This document shows positions 54,489-64,000 of a stretch of 64,000 bases of DNA, piece after piece. Both the position numbers and the translations under genes were made by a program. How positions within the stretch are numbered: position 1 is the first letter of the stretch; each line of letters begins with the position of its first letter. The DNA is from Paraspadella gotoi (Eukaryota; Animalia; Chaetognatha), in the NCBI GenBank assembly GCA_051294375.1, contig CM119264.1:11321832-11385831 (forward strand), in the 5' to 3' direction. The notes under the pieces were generated by a model. It was not told where the DNA came from. It worked only from the letters and a program-made list of their open reading frames with translations, and did no database searches.

Positions 54489-54827
54489 TACTGCGCGCAT
54501 GTATGTTTAATATTATATATACTCCTTCGAATTGAACGACCATTTATCCGATACATTTGCACTTTGAAGATATGGGGATTCTAAAAATATTGAATGGGTC
54601 CATGGAACTCACACGTACAAACTGTGCAATACGTAAAAAAACTTCACACCCGAGCATGACATTATGAACAGTTCAATAGAGTGGTTATATGCCTTTCATT
54701 ACATTGTAAATTGTATCGTTTGTTCCGGAATTCGATTTAAATAAACCTAATAGTAATACTAGATTACCTCTATTCTCGCTTGTAACTTACAATCTAAGGT
54801 TATCGTCAATGTCACATTAATCTACTG
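54489..54827 (+). mobile_element. 339-bp island, candidate 8-bp TSD
   Basis: TGTTTATA at 54481-88 and 54828-35; higher-complexity sequence with short hairpins. Confidence 0.4.
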
Positions 54828-55266
54828 TGTTTATACTCTTCGTTTCTTCCATCGATTTTTTCTCTCTGGTCTCAACGACATCTGCTCGCGACATCTGCTG
54901 TTTGCTTCGCTCAACCTGCGAATATAAATATCAAATCACGATGGCTTATAAAAATGTGTCAATGGTAAACTGGAAACGAATTCGCGAGGCTGAGAAAACA
55001 AAAAGGCAACATAAGAAAAAAAAACAAAATGGCGACGAAGCGGAAATTGCGCGCAATTTCTAGCCTGTAATTTCTTTTTTAAAAAAATCCGCATTGAGAA
55101 AGGAAAAAAAATGGAGATTGCCTCCTTTGCTGAGAAAATCAGCTTCGTGGTTGGAAATGCGGCGCCGAAATTGTATCGACTCTGTAGTCTGTACAATACC
55201 GACTCATATTAACCATATTGATGAATAAATAAAAGATAAGAGAGAGAGAGAAGAGAGAGGAGGAGT

Positions 55267-55304
<38 letters not shown>

Positions 55305-55959
55305 GAGATGAAGAGTAGAGAAGAGAGAGAGAGAGAGAGGAGATTTACCGATGCACTTGTGACAGAAGTTAACTTTAGTCAAGGCCGTAAGCGCGGAGCT
55401 TGTTTTCGGAATCTCGAGGTTTTTTCTCACTTAATGTTTGAAAATTCTCGCCGCTTTTGAGAAACGCGGGGGAAACCGTGAAACCCCCTTTAGTCCCTTA
55501 ACTATTTTCTTTCCCTTTTTTTTTTGGCTATTTTATTTTTAGGACGAGAAAATGTGGTAAATTTAAAAAAGAGACGAATTGCTGGGTAAGAAAGTAGAGG
55601 GAGAATGGAAAGAGGTTGTGAAAGAAATGAAAAGAGAAGTGGATGAGAGAGAAAAAAATTAACTAGAGAGGAAATCGAATCAGACAAGTCGATAGCGTAA
55701 TTCTCTACCCTCCTCATTTGAAATTATGGCCGCTCGGTCAACCAGTTTTTTTTTTTTTGTTTTTTTTAATTCGTATGAAAAAGACTGAAATAAAAAGCCG
55801 CCGCCTCTCATTCCGACAGCAGAGCGATTGCCGTCGCTGCTGAGGTAGTTGCTGCGGCTGCTGACTTCACGTCTGCTGCATCGGCCACGCCCATCGAGAT
55901 TGAACGTTTTGCGGAGACGTTGAACGCGATCGGTTTTTTTTTTTTTTTAGATTCTCTGT

Positions 55960-56051
<92 letters not shown>

Positions 56052-57654
56052 TTCGCTCAGTCACTCATTCTTCTCTATTTTTTCCCGCTTCTCCGATTCT
56101 CTTTCATCTTAAATATTTCATTTTCTTCTTTTAATCTTCAAAGGAGTAAAAAAAAATCTAATTCGATCTTTCTCTTTTCGCTTTTGTTAAATGAGAAAAA
56201 AAATCCTGTAGATTCCCTCGACTTTCGATGAAATATGAAGGGAGAAACGGACCAATCAAAATCCGAGTCGTGAGATGTTGAGAGACTCACCTGTAACGTC
56301 ACAGGTGGCGATGCTTTCTAGTAAATTATTCTTTTTAGTCGGAGAGTTTTTTTGTTTTTTCAACCTGAAACATTCTAGTGTCGTCTTTGTTATTTAGGTT
56401 TATTTCTGGACCGGTTAACTGTGAAGTATGGCTCGTGCGAAAGATAGAGAGAGCTTTTTTTAGGAGGCACGTGATAATTTGAGTCTTGAGGTCGTAGGAT
56501 TTTCACCTCACAAGAAATACTTTCGTCGGCGATACTTATTTTTAATGCGGTTTGGGAGGAAAATATTAAATCGCAAGGGATTGGACGATAGTTGTTGTGA
56601 NNNNNNNNNNNNNNNNNNNNNNNNNNNNNNNNNNNNNNNNNNNNNNNNNNNNNNNNNNNNNNNNNNNNNNNNNNNNNNNNNNNNNNNNNNNNNNNNNNNN
56701 NNNNNNNNNNNNNNNNNNNNNNNNNNNNNNNNNNNNNNNNNNNNNNNNNNNNNNNNNNNNNTTAGTATTTTCCGCGTCTCAAACCGAAACGCGAATAAGA
56801 ATTCGTTGAGAATCGAAGCGAATTTAGGTCAGAAGCGAAGAGACGGAGAGACGAAGAGAGACGCGCGGGAGACGTGACGAGAGTGGAAGAGGAGACGGGA
56901 GACGGGAGGCGTGGCACTGAGTGGTGAATCACTAGTGATAAACGCGGGAAAGAAGTTATGAGGGAATTGATGGTCGAGGATTTCATTTGAGCGTAGCGTT
57001 AGGATTAAAGTAAATATAGGCGTTAGAATTGTCACATTTAGGAAAAAAGAGTCAAGAGTTTAACGAGAAGAATTAAAGAATGAAACATGAATGAATTGAA
57101 CTTTAAAGTGAATTATTGAGAAATAAGATCTATAAGAAATATATATAATATAAAAATGAATATTTTTAGAATGAAAAGTTGAAAAATAAAGATCCGAGGA
57201 AGGATGAAGATTTGAAGAATGAAAAATTATGGATAGATCGAAATGTTGTATAATGGCATTATGCTTTGAATTTTATTTTTAAATTTTATACTTTATAAAT
57301 CAGCAAAAAACTTTGCTTCGACAACTTTTTAAGAGGAATCAAACCTCTTGGGATATTGTGGAGGAAAAATGTGACCTCGAATGAAAGCGAAGCAGATGTG
57401 AGAAGATTGGATGAGAAAGGGATGATTGGATGAGAAAGGATGATTGGAGGAGAAAGGAGGATTAGATGAGAGGGGATGATTGGATGAGAAGGGATGATTG
57501 GATTAGTGAAAATGAGTCAATGTTAAAAGAGAATCGATTATAAATTCATTTTAATGAGATAATGAAATGAAAATTAAAATATTAATTTGCTATAATTACG
57601 CTTTTAACCTGACAGATTGACAATTTATAAATATTTGTTGTCTCTCTCTATCAC

Positions 57655-57726
<72 letters not shown>

Positions 57727-57951
57727 CTCTCTCTCCCATTTTCTGGATGATCACGCGTTCCGTTATATAAAACAGATTGGGATGGAGACTCTGTACGCAG
57801 GACAGACACGAACGGACGATTCTCTTCTCAGAACGGAACGAAGGGGGACAGAAACAAGTATCAGGAGATAGAAAACAGTGGACAGAAACGAGCATCGGGG
57901 GAGAAAGCGAGGTCAGAAGAGAAGCGGCCAGGGAATCGAAGGTCGGGTGGA

Positions 57952-57985
<34 letters not shown>

Positions 57986-58199
57986 AGATAGCGACTTAGC
58001 GCGAAAAGTTTGCGCCCGCGAGGAGTTAATGGAGCGGAAAGGGAAAAGAGACGTTTTGCGTCGAATCGTCAAAGAGCCTCTTCGACTTCGTCCCTCTCTT
58101 ATCAGTTCGTCCCTTTGTCCATTTATCCCTTCATCCCTTTCTCTTTGTTCTTTTCCTCCTTTCTTTTCTATGTGTTTTTTGTCCACTCGTTTCATCTTC

Positions 58200-58535
58200 C
58201 CTTTCTCTCTCCTTACCTCTCTCGCCATCTCTTTCTCTCTCCTTACCTCTCTTTTCATCCCTTCCTCTCTCCTTACCTCTCTTTTCATCCCTTCTTCTCT
58301 CCTTACCTCTCTCTCCATCTCTTTTTCTCTCGTTACCTCTCTATCCATCCCTTCCTCTCTTCTTACCTCTCTCTCCATCCCTTTTTTTCTTCTTACATCT
58401 CTCTTCATCCTTTCGTCTCTCGTTACCTCTATTTTCATCCCTTCCTCTCTTCTTACCTCTCTCTCCATCCCTTCCTTTCTTCTTACATCTCTCTTCATCC
58501 TTTCCTCTCTCGTTACCTCTCTTTTAATCTCTTCC
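58200..58535. repeat. 30-bp pyrimidine-rich minisatellite, ~11 copies
   Basis: Unit ~cttcctctctccttacctctcttttcatcc; explains the 10-aa periodic ORFs on both strands. Confidence 0.9.
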
Positions 58536-59883
58536 TCTCTTAATTTTTTCTTTCGTCCCATCTTCTCTTCTCCTTCGAAATTCGAGCACAAAAAGATTTG
58601 GTCGTCCTTCCTCTTTTTCGCTGTCGTCGTTTTTTACATTATTGAATTTTCTTTCTCCGTCAGTAGGGAAGGGTTAACCGCAAAACCTGATCTGATGTAT
58701 ATTGTATAATGTTCGTTTTTAAACATTTTTGTTTGTTTTGTTTTATAACTGTGTTCACTTTCGTTCATTCTAAAATTCCAGTTACTTTAATTTTCTTTCT
58801 CAATTCTCATGTTCGATTAAATCCTCATCTCGCTATAACTTTTCTCATTCCTGATTGGCTGACGGCGGATGCACAATATTCATGTTTAACGTGAAGGAAT
58901 TATTTGTTATTTTCGATTAAGTTATTTTTTTGGAATGATAACTAAAAGAAGGCACTTAATGTTAACCTCTAGCTTGATTTTAAATGTAAAAAAAGCTAAT
59001 TTTCTCTGGTATGAAAAAAAATAAATACTAACTTGAAAGTGTGAAAAAAGGGGAAAATTTTTCTGTAATGAAGTCCTCATAATGACTTTTGCACAATACA
59101 ATTGCTGAATGGCAAACTAAAGGGCGGGAGAGAGGGAGGATTGAGAGGAAGAAAAAAAAAGAAGGGAAAAAATAGGAAAGAGAGTTAAAGAGAAAGGAAC
59201 GATATAGTAAAAGAGGGGGAAAAGACATTCGAATTGCGAAATATAATACAGGAATTAAAGAAAAAGAGAGATAGCAAATAATAGGTTAAAGATCAGAAAG
59301 AAGAAAAAAAAAGTGAATTATAGAGAAAAGAGCCCAAACGAGAAAAAAGAAGAACAAAGAGAAAAGAAAGAAAGTATAAAGAAGAGAGTTTAACTTGAAA
59401 AGAAAGTTTTACGTATAAGCGTCGCGAGTCGAGATATGATAGTATCCTTTGCAGAGCCGAACTTCAGCAAGTTAAATTTCTTTTAACTTTTCTTTACTTT
59501 TTTCCACCTTCTTTAATATCGAAAAAGGAAACCTTTTGTCGCTGAGGTCTTTGACACCTTTTTGTTATTGTTGTGGTAGTTTTCGTTGTTGTATTCGTTT
59601 ATTGAGTTTTTAAATCGGGCAGATGTGAAGTTCGCAAGGAAATGAAAAAAAATAAGGAGGAAAAGTTTAAAATTGAAATGGAAAAAAAAATGAAAGAAAG
59701 GAGGAATATGCGAAAAATATTTGTAACCTCTTGGGCTTAACCTTTAAGAGGTTTCTTCTGAATTTCTACAAAAACTTAAAGCTAATTAAAATATTTCCTC
59801 TTCCTACTAACTTCGTTATTATTTTTTAAAGATCTTTTTGTTACTTTTTATACTATACTTGTTATACTATTAAAATTATGAAG

Positions 59884-60012
59884 CCAACAAGGCTTTTTGG
59901 AGTTGATAATCATTCGAAGTTTTTCAGAGTAACACCAATGTCCGTGGATAGACGGACCTAATGTTTAAGACCGACGGGAGGGTGTCTGATTACGTCGACG
60001 ACATCGGAAACT
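59884..60012 (+). other. 129-bp structured island, candidate TSD TGAAG
   Basis: gtccgt/acggac; aagtttt/gaaactt; TGAAG at 59879-83 and 60013-17. Confidence 0.4.
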
Positions 60013-60155
60013 TGAAGAGAAAGACAAATGAGAAGAATAAAATTAAATGAAGAAAAGAAGGAAAGAAAAAGAGGAAATGGGAAAAAGAGGAGAGAAAAAA
60101 GGCATGAAGGAAAGGAGGAAACCAATAAATGAGATAAGACGAGAAGGAAAGAATA

Positions 60156-60225
<70 letters not shown>

Positions 60226-60551
60226 AAAAAATAGAAAGAAAGAGAGAGAGAATGACGGGTAGGAAAGAAGAAGGTAAAAAGTGAAAGGAAGAAAGATAGA
60301 AAAAAATAGAGAAGGAAAGACAGAAAGAGGAGAAAAGAAAAAAGGATGAATGGAAGAATGGAAACTTGGTTCCCGGGGAAAAAGTCGTTCGTTAATAAGA
60401 GAAAAAGCTCCGCTCGTTTGGAATGTAACTTCTTCGGCGAGAATTTGATGAATGGGTTTTTGCCTCATTACAAAAGGCTCGAAGCGAAGGAAGAATTGAT
60501 TGATTGCTCTCNNNNNNNNNNNNNNNNNNNNNNNNNTCCCCTTTTTTTTCC

Positions 60552-60634
<83 letters not shown>

Positions 60635-60661
60635 TTCTCGCGCGCCCACATATGCCCTGGA

Positions 60662-62736
<2,075 letters not shown>

Positions 62737-62846
62737 GTAAAATGGTTTTAAAATAGTAAAAATTAAAACAGAACCGCCTCAGGCGAAACGAATTGGCCTC
62801 AAAGTGATATCTAATATGTTACGTATTGATTATCTCTGGGGGCTGC

Positions 62847-62962
62847 TCGATCAGTTCGATCAGTTCGATCAGTTCGATCAGTTCGATCAGTTCGATCAGT
62901 TCGATCAGTTCGATCAGTTCGATCAGTTCGATCAGTTCGTTCAGTTCGATCAGTTCGATCAG
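62847..62962. repeat. 9-bp tandem repeat (tcgatcagt) ~13 copies
   Basis: Read directly; one variant unit. Confidence 0.95.
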
Positions 62963-63285
62963 CGGCGAAACACGTGACGATTTGTTGTTATTGTTTATCA
63001 TCCTGTTAATATTCTGTGATGCAGGGATCGATGTGGACCGACGAGAACCGAGAAGATTCATGTCCGTCGTCGGGACTTATTTTTAAAAAGCCTCCAATTT
63101 CAGCATCAATTCAAAATTAAGTTTATTTTCAGGTTTAAAGGTTAGGGGTTAAGGATTAAGGTTTCAGGTCAGGAGATTAAATTAGGGATTAAGGGATAAG
63201 AATTGGCTCTTAGGATTAAGGATTAGATTAGAGTTGGGGATTAAAGTTTAAGATTACATGAATTATTTATAAGTTGTTTAAGATT

Positions 63286-64000
63286 AGATATTGGGGCGCT
63301 TTTGGAAAATAGTGCCCGTCGTCGTTTGCATCGATCGCGCGCCAGAACTGATAAAGCGATGCGACGTCGCGCGAGGCTCTTTCACGATTGAGAGGGAGGA
63401 GAGGAGAGAGAGAGAGATGAAGAGGAGAGACAGAGAGGAGATGAGAGAGACTGAGAGAGAGAGAAGGAGAGAGAGAGGAGAGAGAGAGAGATAGAGAGTG
63501 ATAGAGAGAGACAAACAAATATTTATAATAAATCAATCTGTCAGGTTAAAAGCTAATTATAGCAAAATAAATATTTTAATTTTCATTTCATTATCTCATT
63601 AAATGAATTTATAATCGATTCTCTTTTAACATTGACTCATTTTCACTAATCCAATCATCCCTTCTCATCCAATCATCCACCTCTTCATCTATCCTCCTTT
63701 CTCCTCCAATCATCCTTTTCTCATCCAATCAGAGAGAGAGAGAGAGAGAAAGAAAGAAAAGAGAAAGAAAGAGAATAGGGAAGAGCCACGCCCGCCTAAC
63801 TCTAATACACTAATACATATTCAATAGGCGCATCATATGACCTATTGAAAGGGAGAGAGACGTTTCGTCGTCCAACTCCTTGCATCTTTCACCTCAATCG
63901 TGAAAGAGCCTCGCGCGACGTGCATCGCTTTATCAGTTTCTGGCGCGCGATCGATGCAAACGACGACGGGCACTATTTTCCAAAAGCGCCCCAATATCTA
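63286..64000. repeat. Inverted repeat 63286-63391 / 63894-64000 (runs to the window end)
   Basis: tagatattggggcgct...ctctttcacgattgag and its reverse complement. Confidence 0.9.
63483..63730 (-). repeat. Inverted copy of 57424-57668
   Basis: e.g. aatgagtcaatgttaaaagagaatcgattataaattc matches as a reverse complement. Confidence 0.9.

Noticed and set aside
57596-58709. 331-aa and 310-aa antiparallel ORFs with 10-aa periodicity
   Set aside because: Explained by a stop-free 30-bp minisatellite plus (CGA)n and (TC)n tracts.

Overview
Non-coding-looking eukaryotic (probably invertebrate) scaffold: rich in (AG)n/(AAAG)n/(TCG)n microsatellites, no obvious CpG depletion, many N gaps, and several duplicated blocks with indel noise typical of long-read gap filling. 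No protein-coding gene can be supported; nearly all listed ORFs are translated simple repeats. Two signals stand out. (1) An inverted pair of minimal type-I hammerhead ribozyme motifs of the Penelope-associated kind at ~14.45 and ~14.9 kb. (2) Dozens of ~100-700 bp higher-complexity islands spread across the window. They share no sequence I can detect, but are packed with nested stems that use G-U wobble pairs almost only on the + strand. Many are bounded by 4-12 bp direct repeats resembling target-site duplications (TSDs). One island (14677-14859) has an internal empty-site control showing it is a true insertion. All folding and boundaries were judged by eye. A natural structure-defined mobile RNA family and an assembly or in-silico origin both remain open.
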